Origin: the human T2T-CHM13v2.0 reference genome, Homo sapiens
Length of the DNA: 64,000 nucleotides
NCBI RefSeq assembly: GCF_009914755.1
Contig: NC_060925.1
Reading direction: 5' to 3' (one strand)
The notes under the pieces are model-generated. The model saw only the letters and a program-made list of their open reading frames with translations. It did not search any database and was not told the origin of the DNA. Both the position numbers and the translations under genes were made by a program. Shown here piece by piece: positions 1 through 14,297 of the stretch (position 1 is the first letter of the stretch; each line of letters begins with the position of its first letter).

Positions 1-241
1 GTAGTCAAAATGCAAGTGCACAACACGCAGTTTATTCAGTAACCCCAAGAGAAAAATAAAGTTATCTTCAGGCTATGTGCAGAAGATGTGTATGAAACAT
101 AAATGAATTTCATGTTTAGATTTGGGTCCCATCCCCAAAATAGATCATTATGTATATGCAGATATTCCAAAATTTGAAAAAATTTGAGATCTGAAATACT
201 TCTAGTCCCACACATTTCAGATAAGGGATACTCAACTTGTG
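1..241. mobile_element. Tigger4/MER46-type DNA transposon (TcMar-Tigger), truncated by the window start
   Basis: Ends in TTTCAGATAAGGGATACTCAACTTG, matching the reverse complement of the Tigger4/MER46 terminus CAGGTTGAGTATCCCTTATCCGAAA. Confidence 0.75.
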
Positions 242-255
242 TATACACAATATAT

Positions 256-392
256 AGACAGTCCCCAAATTATGGTGGTTCAGTTCACAATTTTTTGCCT
301 TTACAGTGGGTTTATTGAGACAGCAAATGCATTTTAGACCCACAATGAGTTGTATTGGGAAGTAGTCCCATCATAAGTCTAGGATCATCTGT
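256..392. mobile_element. MER47/Tigger5-type short MITE
   Basis: Both termini are recognisable: AGACAGTCCCCAAATTATGGTGGTTC... and ...CCCATCATAAGTCTAGGATCATCTG, flanked by TA. Confidence 0.6.
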
Positions 393-3300
393 ATATATGT
401 TTTATTGTATTAAACAGCCCATTTTAGTATGTTGGCTATTTAAGCATTTCAGTCTGTCCTGGTGATGATAGCAGAGTAGATTGTAATCAAAGAAAACTGT
501 TTGCCAGCAGGCAGATGCAGATCAGAATAAAGGTGAGGTTGGGTGCTTGTCGGAAAGACCGTCTCAGCCAGAAATCAGAATGAACTACATTTTTCAGGGT
601 CGTGTTCCACATATTAAGGATATGCAAATTAGCTTCTCCATCAATTAACACAACCACAGAAGTCCAAAGAGGCAAAATCTGGAGCAGCAGGTGAGCAAGA
701 AGAGGCACGGCTTGGAGCAAACCAGGGGGTACCTAGAAGATGGCTTGTGGTCATCACAGTGATGAGCAAGAGATGTAAGCCAGAAATATTCACCAGCTGG
801 TTAGTTTAGCCTTAAAGGCTACTGACTGTGGGCCAGGCTAGACAGAAACAATCTGGGTTAATCTACTCAATTTAAATCCAGGCAGCGGGGAAAATGGATA
901 CTTTCATATGTCTCTGTACCCAACTATAAACTTTTGGTTCTCATGCACCATTTTCATTTTGCCTTCTCACTCCAAGTACCACTGATTTTACCAATTGCTC
1001 TCATAATTGACTTTGCTACTAGAAGAAACTCTTAGAATGTTGGAATTTCTCTATTACACACTTTGCCTCAAAGAATGTGTCAGTCAGGACTAAAGCAATA
1101 GTCTCAGGGCAGACAGCCAACCTACATCTGATGACAACATTGCAGTACAGTAGTCACAATATGCTGACTTCTGAGCAAGCCCGTGGCACTACCCTGGAAG
1201 GATGGCCCCAGAGAAGCTGGGATATGCAAGCTACCCGCCTCATAGTTCGGAGACCATTGAGTGGAAAGTGCTTCCCCTTTGTTCTTTCTGTTTATTCACA
1301 AGTGGGTGAAATGGATTTCTGAGTCTCCTAGCCTAAAGCAAGTTTTGGCTTGATGACTTTTATGGGCATTTATGTTTACTTTGTAAAAGTGTAAGAAACA
1401 ATAAGTTATAGTAATATGGGGGAGTGGGAGGTTAGTAGTTGTTTAAATCTTTTTAAAAAGAATGCATTTGCAAGAGATTAATGTTTATGAGTGGCTAGGA
1501 CATTCAGAGAGCATAAAGTGCTTTTAGGGTGTGTTGAGATGGGGAGTTTTCAAATGAGCCCAGAGTTTCTGAATTCCTTGAAGCCATTCTGATAATTTCT
1601 TTGAAAGAAAACTTGCCCCTGTAAACATGTTTGCTGTGTGTCTGTTCCATCGTTGCAGGGCTGGTTCTAACGCTACATCAGGAAATGGAATTCTTGGGCA
1701 CAGTAATAATAGAGAAGTGAGTCATTGGATTAGAAGGTCACCTATCCAGACGAATCAGTGGGAAATTAGTTCTATGGTCTGTTTGGTTTGGTAATAAAAG
1801 GAAGTATATTTCTCCAATCGATAAAGTTCCTAGTTCTTTAAAAATTTCTCTCAAATCCTTGGTAGGACATACTTAAGACTACAAACTTGTCATTTTCTAG
1901 CTGGGGAAGATGGTTCCTTAAAAAGGATCCTGTTTGTCACCACCCTGTGGGCACTTTTTTGAATTCTTCATTTGAAGGGCCTTGGAAACCATTTCATCAT
2001 GCCTCACCATATGAATATATAATGTTTCCTAAGTACTGAATAGTTTTCCTTCATTCTGGGTCCAAGGGGTGGCAGTTGAAGACAGGCTGGGAACTGCTAC
2101 CAATCATCACAGTGGCCTGGTTTCAGAAGGGCTCTATGTTCATCTCCCCTCGTTTTTCTTCTCTTACCTCTGTTGGGAGATCATCTGCAGAAATCCTTCT
2201 GTGCCCTTCAGTAGACTTGGCATCAAGGAAGACTGAGGTTTTCCAGCTCTCCAGTGGCAAAGACCTGGGGCTGTCACTGGGGAGGCTGCACCTGGGCTGG
2301 ACCCGTTTGTACTGATGGCACTGGGTCCTGCACTATCTGTGCAGCCCTAAAAATAGCTCTCAATTAACATTGCATTTCAAGAATTGGAAAATTTCCCAGA
2401 AGTCCATTCTTTCTTCCTTTTCTATTTCATTACATTTTGCAGTAATAATACACAAGCCTCCAGAAAACATGACGGGTAATGAAAAAATGTAATTAATATA
2501 AGCAGCGTAAAGCATGTTTTTTTTTCTCTGTTGTCCTTGCAGAAAATTGCTGCTTTAAACCAAGCAGGATATGAAAATGCATAAACCCCCCCTAATCTGC
2601 TGTGGTTTGTAAATATCTTATGCAAAACAGTTAAGTCAACTGTCAGATTTTTTTTTTTTAACATTAAGCCACATATTCTTGTAAAATTTGTTTCCCCTGC
2701 AGGACAAGTGGAGTGATTTAGATAAGTATTTGTGAGGGGGAAGAAATGGCAGTGATGGTAAGGTTTTTCAACAATAAACCTAAAAGCAGAAAGAACCTCC
2801 TTTTTGAATTGCTGGTCTGTCCATTGGTTTCATCTGAATGGCATTGTGTGCTGCCTCTAGGTACACTCAATTTTGGTATAGTACTTGCGAAAAGTAAATG
2901 TCCTTGCTACAATTTCACACCAGTACACCTTATCCCATTCATTGAAATAAAGTGATTAAGACGCCAAGAGGCTGTGGTATAGTCAACATGCTGGAGACCA
3001 TTTTGGTTGACTTATCTGTACCACTAGTAATTATCTATAGGTGTTTGACTAAGAAGCCACAATAGAATTTCAAAACTGAAATACAGAGCATTATTCTGAA
3101 AACATCTTCCAAGGCCAGTGCTTACGGTTTGTTCGCATTTGTTCTTTTCTTTGTCCTTTAACAGCAACAACAACAAAAACTACAGTTAATATAACTTATG
3201 GGTCATTGTTAATTTCTATCTTGTCCTGAGTTCTAAAGGTTTCCTACGGCCTGGATGTGCGTGAACTTTCAGATTTCGCTCTCTGTGGAAACTCCTGGCC

Positions 3301-3606
3301 TTGTCACCACTGTGCCACTAGGCTCCCTCGTGAAGGTAGGGTTCCCCCAGCTGAAAAGCAGCGCCTCTCTCCTGTGGCCTTCTGAGCTGCCGTTTGGAGT
3401 CCCAGATGTAAGAAATGAAATAATCCACGCTCAGACAGTCACAAAGTGCCCATCTGGCACCCAGAATGCTTGTGAGATAGAAGCACACAGGCGTGAGCTC
3501 ACTTTTGCTGTGGCATTTCATAAACAGAGCTGCAGCCTGCTAAAGAAAGACGTTGGGATGATAATAATCACTTTCCACTCCCCTCCCTTTTGTGCCTGCT
3601 CCCTTC

Positions 3607-3610
<4 letters not shown>

Positions 3611-3648
<38 letters not shown>
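3611..3648. repeat. (CA)19 microsatellite
   Basis: Perfect CA run read directly. Confidence 0.98.
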
Positions 3649-3649
<1 letters not shown>

Positions 3650-4252
3650 CCTTAGCTTTTTTAAAACATAGGGGCTAGGGAGAAAAAAATAGAGAGCCAT
3701 CCTCAAAAAGGTAACATTTTTTTTCAGAGGGTCTGAAGGAGAAATTTCCATTAACAGCTAAATCCCTCCCCACCACCTCTCCAGCCTGTGTTACTGTTTT
3801 TATGCCCTCCATCCTAGGATGCACAGGCAATGATGTGAAATGTGACCAGTCAACTATTAGCTAACTCACTCCTTGTACATCACCCTAAAAATCAGGAAAA
3901 GCAGCAGTGGGAGGGATTACATAAATCACGCACTGCTGCATTGCTTTCTAGTCCTGAAACCAGATTCACAGGAGAGCCTAATAAAGGACCTCAACACTTC
4001 TTCTTTAGCTTCCTTTTGTGTATTTGAGCCAAAGTAGGAGTAACAGAAGCCCAACCAAGGGGGTGTTGTTCAGAGAACACCTCGGGATGAGTGTGTTCAT
4101 GTGTGAATGCAGAAGGGTGACCGTCCCTACAAATGCTTGCAACTGACATTCAACCCCAAGTTATAATTAAGGAGCAAGGCAGATGTGTAAACTAAGCCTG
4201 CTGGGGCAGGGTGTAATTGTTATATCAGATCCCCATTACTCTATGGCTCTAA

Positions 4253-4572
<320 letters not shown>

Positions 4573-5629
4573 AACTCTATTATTTTTAAAAAACACAGAT
4601 TTCTAAAACATGTAGTACCCAACGACAAGAGTGAGACCCCTAAAGTAACAGATGACTATGGACACTGTGAAGAAGTCGAGCAACAAGCATGGGGCTTCAA
4701 TGAAAGACTGGTAAAGTCATGTTCTGATTTGTATTATCATAGCATTAAAATGAGGAATAAAATCACCTTAGACATTTCACTTGATGTTGTTCTGAACTAT
4801 AATAAAAAAAAATCAGGTTGCATTATCCTTCCCAAATATCACATCCGCTCTCTCAGCAGGTCTAGCCTTGCAAGGAGATATTTTCAAAGTAACCAGAGTT
4901 TTCGGCCCCAGAGCAGAGAATGATCACCATAACACAGGCAGCGTCCATCCCTAGCCCCTGCTGACCAAATGGCATGCAGGAGAAATGAGGTGGCTGGAAG
5001 ATGTCTCCGTGGAATAGAGGTTCCTAGACTCATGAACCTTAGGGAGGAAGAAACAAATGGCTCTCTCCTTGGGGAACTTTCTCACTCTTCTCCGGCACCG
5101 CTCCTGCCTTTCCAGAGAATGGGGTCTGCTTGTTTGCAAATCCAGAGTACCAAGTGGGTAGCACAATGCGATGTTTGTAAATATGATAAACCATTACAAT
5201 ATTACAGCTTTTCATTTGGAAAGCCATTTAGGCAAGAAATGATTACTGACCCATGATATGTAAATGATGGAAATGCAGAAATTAGTATTTGGGTCAACTC
5301 ATGTATTTTTCAACCATGAAATGAAAATCTCAGTGCTCACATTCCAATTCATACATGAAAGCATCACGGTGCTATTAGTTGACTATTGTGTTAATTTATT
5401 ATTGTCTTAGTTAATGTTTTCAGAGCCACCCTGAAGTTATACCTCTACTTTCAATGCACTAATATCATGGCGAAAAGAGGGGCACATGTTCCTCTGGGTC
5501 AGCGGGTCTCCTGAGGGAATTCTATGTTAGCTGAGGGGAAATAAAGTGATTTTGAAGGAAGGTGAGGGAATCTCCACCCCAAATATTTCAAATATGGGAT
5601 CAGTCTTACCCACCCACCGCCTTTTTTGA

Positions 5630-5900
5630 GTTCATAAAAACTACAAGAATGTGTTGGACACTCATATTACTGTGACAAGTTCCTAGGTGCTCTTGTGAAC
5701 ACAAACGAATCCAAAAGAGACCTTAGTATTCAAGGTTAAAGCAAAAGAGACTCAATATGAAAATGGCACAAAAACTCAAAGGGAGAGCATTTAGGAAGGC
5801 TTCCTGGAGGAGGCCATATTTAAGCTGTTTCTGAAGGGCTGTTAAGACTTGAATAGGCAAAAGGATGGCAAAAAGTCATCCTAGGTGGAAAGCAAGAGAA
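5630..5900 (-). mobile_element. L2 fragment
   Basis: Degenerate L2 3' region including GGAAGGCTTCCTGGAGGAGG. Confidence 0.55.
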
Positions 5901-6682
5901 AAGATTCCAAAAATGGAGTGGATGCCATGCGAACAGATATCTCACCTTACAGAAACAGAACATGGGTGCAGCAGAGCAAAGAGTACAGGAGTGCCTTCAG
6001 AAATGTCAGGTTGCAACTGAACTTACATGCCATACATCTTGGAGACCCCTCAGAGTTCCTTCCCAGAGAGAACCAGAATAAGCGTGATGGAAAAAGTCTG
6101 GCCTACTTACACCATGTAGACATGCAGCCATCCTGGGGCTGAGAGAGACCGAGGTGGGAAGGCAAGTGGAGAGGGAGAAAGAGGAATCCAAAGACTGGGG
6201 AAAGAGAGTCTGGAGTAGGGGTGTTTTAAGGGATGGAATGGAAAGGGTGAGTTTGAGAGACAGGAAATGAAATGTAAGAGATGAATCTGAATGCTGCATG
6301 CAGAGGGATAGATTTACTGTCAACCCTTAAATTCGATGAGTTTAAAGAGCAAAATGAGTATATGATGCAGAGAGTAAGTGGAGTAAGGAAATGCTGATGG
6401 TTTTGCTTTTTAATCTAATTAATTGGCTAGAGGGAAACTTCCATATTTCCACTGTGCTACTAAGACTCCTCTTGTAACCTCAGGGCATAACAGCCTCAAG
6501 ATTGGGTAGTGCTGAGATCTTTGGCTCATCCAACCTTGACCTTGGGTTATGATCTGGGTTGTGCCAGCACCTTCACAACAGGCACTCACTCAAACCCTTT
6601 ACTCAGGGTGTCAAGGTCAGAAGAGATGCTCCGCCTTCAATAGGTTCTGAATGTAGGACAGTTTTTAATAGGTAGGTTAGAT

Positions 6683-7360
6683 CAGTAGTTCTCCATGGAG
6701 GTGCTCTTGCCCACTACAGGGTGTTTTGGGAATTTCTGACAGCGTTTTTCAGATGCCACAAAACTATGTGGGAGCCAGAGATGCTAGACTTCTGCTATTC
6801 TCAGGACAGTCCTACTCAGTGAAGAATTGTAGAATCGTGCAGCATCCCACATAGCTTTTGAATGCACTGCCAGGCTTTCATGTAGGTGAAACTGTTTATA
6901 ATGATCTATACCTATGACCTAACTCCAGTTGACATATTTTGTTGCCCAATTTTAATACACACTAAAATTTCCATGAATTTACATCTAACTTGTAAGTTAG
7001 GGGAATATTCTATTTTGTTTGGTTCAGAACTTTGCCAAGAATTAGACACTGAGAAAATAACATCACTGGCAGCAATGCTACTCTGATATTTGAGTGGCAT
7101 TTGTGGCTGTGATTTCACAAATAGATACAAGCATTTGACCACTTCATCATGCCTTTCATATGTACATATTTAAATATACACTTTGTTATGAATTAGTTTC
7201 CTTTTGTTTCTCTTTTATATTACATTTTGGTCATTATATTGATATTTAAAAAATATACGTGTGGGTAATATGCTATTATAATATATATGTTCAGGATAGT
7301 AAAGGGAGGATTATAAATGTTATAAAAAGGAGATGTTGGGTCTGATGGGTGGGAACCACA
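6683..7360 (+). mobile_element. MER20B-like hAT-Charlie element
   Basis: CAGTAGTTCTC 5' end, internal GGACAGTCC...GAAGAATTGT, 3' end TTGGGTCTGATGGGTGGGAACCAC. Confidence 0.7.
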
Positions 7361-8179
7361 AAGTTAGAAACACAAGAAACTTAGATATGACCTACTATGA
7401 ATTGTGACCATCTTTTATCTTATTTTTAAAGCTGGGTCAACCGATGGATCTTTGTGGAACTCCTCTGATAAGCCTACAGTGGTTCAAGCACCGTACAGGC
7501 AGACTGAAGACAGAAAGAAGTGTGAGTCACAGAGTCTCTTCCAAATTTCAGACCTGTGGCAGCTTCCCAGAGGCTGGAGTAGACCAGAAGAGAATGACTA
7601 AGGCATGATGTTCTGGGAGTTACAGTCCTGGCACGTAATTGTGAATATGGCACAAAATGAGGCGGTGGGTGTCCAGACTGCACCTAACAATGGGAGCCTG
7701 AGAGCAAATGGCTGGAAGGTCAGGAAGGCAGGAGACTGTCAGTAGCAAGAGCAGGTGGGTGCACATTATGTAGCCTCGAGCACCAGGCTGGGATGAGAGA
7801 TGGGACTCCACCCCCTGTGGAGGGGCAAAGTAGAAGCCAAGCCTGGACTCAAATCACCAAGATTGGGGCCCAGAAACAAAGGAAGAAAGCTGAAAGTCAG
7901 TACCCAAAACATGGGTAAAGCAGGGACCCTGGGCTCAACCTAGCAGGCAGGAACTCAGAGGGGCTGACGTCCAGGGCAGACCAGCAGCAGACCATGTTGG
8001 GTCATGGCCTAGGGGTTAGAGTGGCTTAATATGTTTTGCTGAAAGGACAGATGGATTTCTGTGCCAGGTTTTAAAGAGGAAGCCAGGTGTGGAGTCTGGG
8101 AGCCACGCTGGATCTGACACTCAGGCAGTTTGTCATCTAATTGGAAGAACCAAAGTATGAATACATAACAAATGAGTCA

Positions 8180-8490
8180 CCTGAGCTGTTGTTAACTGAA
8201 CATGGGGCAATATTTCAAGAGTACCTGAAAGCCCTATATTATGCATTGTCTGGCTTGGGCCAAGGAGGGCATGTGACTCTAGGATACAAAAGAGTCCTCT
8301 GCGTTGGAGTGGTTTCTGAAGGTTTCATGGAAGGGCAAAGGGTTAAGCTGACCCTTGAAGAGTGGATGAATGGATAACTGAATTAATTCAGTCACTCATT
8401 CACTCAAAAAAATACTTAGAAATCCCTGCAGTGAGATAGGTGCCAAGAATAAAGAGGTGAACAATAGGGACACTGACGTTGGCTGCATAG
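8180..8490 (-). mobile_element. L2 fragments
   Basis: GAAGGTTTCATGGAAGGG...GCTGACCCTTGAAGAGTGGATG and a CACTCATTCACTCAA tail. Confidence 0.5.
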
Positions 8491-8734
8491 AAATTGCAGG
8501 CTCATGTAGGTTTGAGAGAAGCAAACAAGCAAGCAGGGAAGATGCAATTTCAGCCGGGACTGGAGGAAGTACATAAGGCCGGTGAGGCACACCTAGAGCC
8601 AGCTTCTAAGGAAGTGTTCTTTCTGCTAACCTGGGCTGCTGCCAGGCCCAGCACTAATTGTGCATACTTTCTACCTGCTTTAAGGCTTGATCCTAAAGAA
8701 AACTAAAAATGTTATTAATATAAACTCTTTGAGC

Positions 8735-8908
8735 TAGGGGGTGGCAAACACTTTCTGTAAAGGCCCGGATATTAAACATTGTAGGCTTTGCAGGTGTGTC
8801 ATGAAATACTATTCTTGTTTTGATTGTTTTCAAGCATCTAAAAATGTAAAACTCATGTTTAGCTTACAGGCCAGATTTGGCCTGCAGGCTGCAGTTTGCT
8901 GACCCTGG
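8735..8908. mobile_element. MER58-type hAT-Charlie MITE
   Basis: TIRs GGGGTGGCAAAC...TTTCTGTAAAGGCC and GGCCAGATTTGGCCTGCAGGCTGCAGTTTGCTGACCCTG. Confidence 0.8.
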
Positions 8909-8989
8909 TCTAGGTCAATACAGTTACTTTTGTTCATAGACCAACAAGGTGTTCAAGTGCATTGGTGGATAATAATAAGCACTATTTAT

Positions 8990-9780
8990 TATAAGTAACA
9001 TTTGTAGAACATGAAACATTGTCCAATGTTTTTCATATTTATAAATATATATATTTACATATATCCCACCTGGCTCCTGAAACAATAGAATTGGAGAAGG
9101 TAAGCCATATAATGTCTTTATTCCTCATTTCAGAGATAGTTTGAAGCTCAGAAAAGTTCCCTTGTCACATTAAGTTACAGGGCCACAAAAACCACTGGGT
9201 CTCAGATCCAGTGATTCCAGAGCATGTCCTTGATCTACAGCTACTTTGAACTGGCCATCCAGCCAAATAGTCGCAACTTTCACAGGACGCTTTAGTTTTG
9301 AGTGTGAAATTCGAGGCTTACACTTAAAAAACAAACAAATAGTGGATATGGTCTGAATTATTGTCAGTGCTATTAAGAGAGAAGGATTGAGTAGACTATT
9401 CTATATCCAGGCACTGGCCTAAATGCTGGGAACACATCACTAAATTGAATAGACACAATCCCTGCTTTTATTAATAGTTTGCTTTCTAATGAAAATAATT
9501 CTAATGATAATGACACAACAGTAGGACAAGTAGCAGCTACTTAAAAGCCATGTATTGTGTTTGGAGTTATAAATGTCTTATCAGTAATCCTCAAAATAGT
9601 GCTATAAAGTGGGTCTTATTCTCCTCATTTTACAAATACATTAATAACAACAGCTAACATGTGGAACTTACTCCATACTTGGAAGGAGCTGTGCAGAGGA
9701 GATAAGGGAGCAGGCGGGTAGCCAAGGGGGATTTGAACTCAGGTTTATACACCCTAGAGTCTAAGGCCTCCCTACTTGGT
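8990..9780 (-). mobile_element. MIR and L2 fragments
   Basis: MIR cores CCTCATTTCAGAGATAG...GCTCAGAAAAGTT and CCTCATTTTACAAAT...GGATTTGAACTCAGG; L2 piece at about 9390-9490. Confidence 0.55.
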
Positions 9781-11829
9781 GCTGAAGCAAAACCCTAGGC
9801 CATGGCCATTTGACTGCATCAACTCACTTCTACTTGTCCATGCCTAGTGGATTTCAATCAGATGTAGTGTTCCTTCATTTTAGTAGTCTGTCATTTATGA
9901 GCTAAGGCAGCCAGAGAGCACTTATTCATTAGTGCTTTACACAGTGATGATTGCTGAGATGGCACTTCCGGAGTCATATAATGCTATTTTCTAAAGCTTA
10001 TAACTCTGAAGTAATTGCCTCATGGATTACAATTTCATCCATGTTCCTTTTGTCATAGGTTTACTGGGGGAAACACTGCCATTGACGTGTCGTTGGCAAT
10101 TTTGAGGCATAGGCATCGACCTTAAGGTTTCAGGGGACACTGAGTTTAATTTAAAACTGTTAGAAAAGAAAGAAGATGGGAGTGATGTGCTGGTTGAAAT
10201 TCTTCCCTTCCTTTGCTACGCTCATTCTCTTTTTACTTGCTCTATTCAAAGTGAGGCCACTGACAGACACCTCTCTGTAGGACTGTTAACATTATTATTT
10301 AACTTGCATGAATGTAGCAAAATTCAAGGTTCAGAATCAAATGACCTTTCTTTAGCTTCTCAACTTATTGTGGCACAGGTGCACAAAGGAGGTTTTGTAA
10401 GCGCCCTTTTTTCTTCAGTCTGGGAAATTACCGAAGCTTACGCATGAAGGGGGACCCTAGCAGCCTTAATTTTAAACTTCCCAAATTTTCTGCGATTAAG
10501 ACTTTGGCAGAAAATAGATTCTTTTTTGTGTATGTGTTAAAAAGAAATACTGAATAACGTGTAAATGGTTTTTCCTTATAAATACATTTTTCCGAAGAAC
10601 TTCATTATTGCATAAATTACTTCTTCAAAATTAATTTCTATTTTTTTAAAGAGATGAAACCCATGTTTTCAATGTGCCATTAGGAAAGCTCAGTGATCAC
10701 ATACAATAACAATATATTAAAAGCCATACAGAAAAGAACCTATTTTTTAAAACCCATAACTCAACAGACTAGAAAAATGACAGACTAGCCATTCATGCAA
10801 ATTAGCTAACTCACATTTATCAGAGAAAATATTTCATAGCATTAACAACGCTGTCATTTAAGAAAAATTAAATGGGGCCCAGAACCACACATTTATTTTT
10901 ACTGCATTCATTATTCATTTGCATGTTTCTTTCCTCCCTTTAAAAAAAAGTATGTAAGTTTTGAATTCAAAGTTCAGTAGAGGAAGAAGCAGATGATTTT
11001 CTCATTTTAGTGACCCTGTGGTTAGCAGCAATAAAGCAACAGGAACAAATCTGGCTTGAAATGTGTCCAAACCCACATCTCCCAGTGTGCACAAAAGGCA
11101 AAAAAGTAAGATGTGCAGCGGATATTAACATGAGTAATCTTGGAAATCTAAATATTAAACATATGTCAAAGATTATCTAATACACATCCACATGTCTTAT
11201 AGAGATGTCTTTCATCTGAGGAGCTCCAACCCATTTCAATGTGCGTAGACTATTTTCTAGCCCTGAAGGCCTCATCAAAGCTTGGCATATCCAGCATCTA
11301 CAGCACAGTTTTTTAGATGGGTCCTTATGAGGTAATAACTCCTCAGCTCCCACATCTTCCTGAAAGACAGTCTTTTTAATTTCTGCCCCCACCCAGAGAT
11401 GTTATTTTAAGTCCAAGTTGATTAAGTCATTTGCCCAGTAAACTGTGCAATTGGGGAAATTTCCTGTGGTCTTTGACTTGTGTTCTGATGCTGAGGTCAC
11501 TTGAACCCATGTTTGACTCCGTCTACAGGACTCTTATTCTAGCAGTCCAGAGAATAATGTTCCGGACGAGACACTGAGAAGCTGTATTGTCTTATCTCCT
11601 GGGCACCGTGTGAAGGCTGTGACTTAATTCCTCTTCTCCATTAGTAAAATACGCTTATAATACTTGGCATCTTCTTCCCTCTAAACCTTATTCTTTGGAG
11701 TAATTGAAGATATATTTTGGAAGTACTTACAGTTCCTCCTAAAAGGGCGTAATATTATAATAGGGAGCCAGCCCCCCCTTTTTTTGTATATTGGCCATTG
11801 AATAATATTATTTTATAAAACATCTTAGC

Positions 11830-11970
11830 GCAATGTGTCCTTAATTTTTCTTAGCCTCAGTTTTGTCATCTGTGAATTGCAAAAGACAAGCTGACTCTCA
11901 ATATTTCACAATGAGATCATGTATATGGGAAGACTTTGTAAACTCTAAAGCTTTATACAAATGTAGAAAG
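11830..11970 (+). mobile_element. MIR fragment
   Basis: GCCTCAGTTTTGTCATCTGTGAATTG...ATGAGATCATGTATATG...AAACTCTAAAGCTTTATACAAATGTAG. Confidence 0.65.
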
Positions 11971-14297
11971 GCACATGTTGCAGAAAGAGGCCCCAGCCCC
12001 AAGTGATAACTGGTGCACTGAAATCCAATTTCATTTCCACATTCGTCCTTCCTTGGCAAATGTCACAGCTTTGTGTAATTTGTAAAGTCTTCATTATTAG
12101 CTAACTGTGTTGTCCTGTGCAGACAGGCTGTGAGGCAGAAACCAGATTACAGTACTTACCTTTGTGCTACTGCCCTCTTGGGGAGTCTGGCACGTAGTAG
12201 GGGCTCAACAAATGCGTGCTGAATTGAACTGAATTGTGCAGAGGGTGTGAGGACTTGGAGTGAACAAAACAACTGAATGCAAGATCAGCCACTAGCTTGG
12301 TTGACCCTCTCCAGGGAGGCGGTGTTCCAGGACACTGCCTTGAGACAGGTCACTTGAGGACTAGGGAAAGGACCCAGCCATTCTCTATAGCAGGGCAGAG
12401 TGCTCAGAGCAATTGTGATGGGTGGGTTGTTGCAATCTGTCCCCTTTTCTCTCCTGTCCGCCGAGGGGAGAAGTTGTTCTCCTGGGTAGCTTTCCTTCTG
12501 ATGCTTTCTCTCACCTTCCCTTCCATCTTTTACCACTTGGAGGAAGGAGAAATGCTGAGCCTTTACTTATTTGTTGCTTATAGGCTTTTTCTTACTCTGA
12601 GAAAGCTTAGATTCTTTGGGGAAATAGCATGGATTCCCTAGCTCTCTTCTTTAGGGAATGCACAGGAGCTAGAAAAGGCGATCTCCAGATTATGTCACAT
12701 GGTGAGGGTAGGGAAGAAAGGAGAAAGGATGGCATTTTGGGGAAATACGTCAGCACACAGTTTTGGGAGGAAGATTTGCTTACTCAATTTGTCTTTAAAC
12801 CAAAGCATCTGTTTTGGTCATTAAAGTAAAACATCTTGGATGATTAAAAAAAATGCCCTATTCGTTCATTTTGACCTATATATGCTCCTAGACCACATTT
12901 TGAGAAATAATCAAGAAAAATGTATCCTCCAATAATTTTACTTGCTTTGTCAATGTGTTCCCAAATAACATGACTTGATTCTTGATTCTCCCTAATCCAT
13001 TTGATTACCTTCCTTCCTGCCCTCACCACCTTTGAAATAAAAACTACTGTTATCAGCTAAAGAATCTCAGAACACGCTTTTCTGTTACCAGAACAAAGGG
13101 TTAAGCTAAAGGTGTGGTTTACTTTCTATCCTCTGAGTCATGGAGCGTATACATATACTCATCATTGTCTTTTCTGTTCCTGGCTACTTATCTTTCTTTC
13201 ATCTTCATCTTTATCTGTAACCTACATCTCATAAGCTGAGTATGCAAGATTTTCAGTCCCTCAAAGCATCATCTACCCTGGGTAGAGACACAAACAGATC
13301 TGGGGCTGCAGCTGTTGCCTGAGTCTTCTCCTTCCGGACTAAGGGAACTGTATTCTGCAAGAAAAGCCTACATGCAAAAATCACATTTTACCTGCTCTTT
13401 AATAATTTCCTTTTCATCCTTTTCCCAGCCACTTTCTCAAAAACACATAGAAAGCTTTGCTTTTGGTTCTAAGCTGTAAGGAATCAAAGAAAGAAGAGAG
13501 GAATGGCAGAAGATCTAGATCTGGGGTCATTGAGGTAGAGCATTATTCTTTAGCTGATTCAGGTGAGACTATCAAAAATTAGTGAAAGTTGCTGAATGTG
13601 ATGGCAGCTCAGAAGTCAAACACTTGTACACTTTCCCACCTCTGTTTTAGGGTAAAATATTAGATGAAGACAGAGAATGTGGCTAGAATGAAACTCTAGT
13701 GACTTACAAGTGCACATTTTCAGAGAATGGAGTACATTTAAATGAAAGCATTTATAAAACATTTATTCGAATATATCACATTCAACCCTTGACTCATCAA
13801 AGCCCTAAAGTCTGTTTATACTGAATAACTCTTTAAAACAAGTCACTTGTCATTTGCATACATCTGAACATATATTTACTGACATTAGCCAAAATAGTAA
13901 ACTGCAGCCAATTGGAAAGTCAAAATGTTCATTGCAATTTAGTTTATTAAAGAATGTGTTTGGTTCTTTAGAGACACCATATGAAGAATATCATGGCAAG
14001 CTAAAGGCATACATATTTTTGCTTGTGGCTTCATTACTGTAATTCAAGTACAGTTGACCCTTGAATAACATGGAGTTGAACTGTGGGAGTCCACTTAAAT
14101 GTAGATTTTTTTCAATAAAAGTTACACTGAGTGTGATTGCCTCTCCTGCTTCCTCTTCCACTGCCTCTATCTCTTCCACCTCTGCCATCCCTGAGACAGC
14201 AAGACTATATTCTCTTCCTCCTGCTCCTCAGCTGACTCAATGTGAAGATGATGAGGATGAAGACCTTTATGATGATCTACTTCCACTTAATGAATAG

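Noticed and set aside
3255-3671. 138 aa ORF
   Set aside because: Runs through the CA microsatellite (THTH...) and has no recognisable homology.
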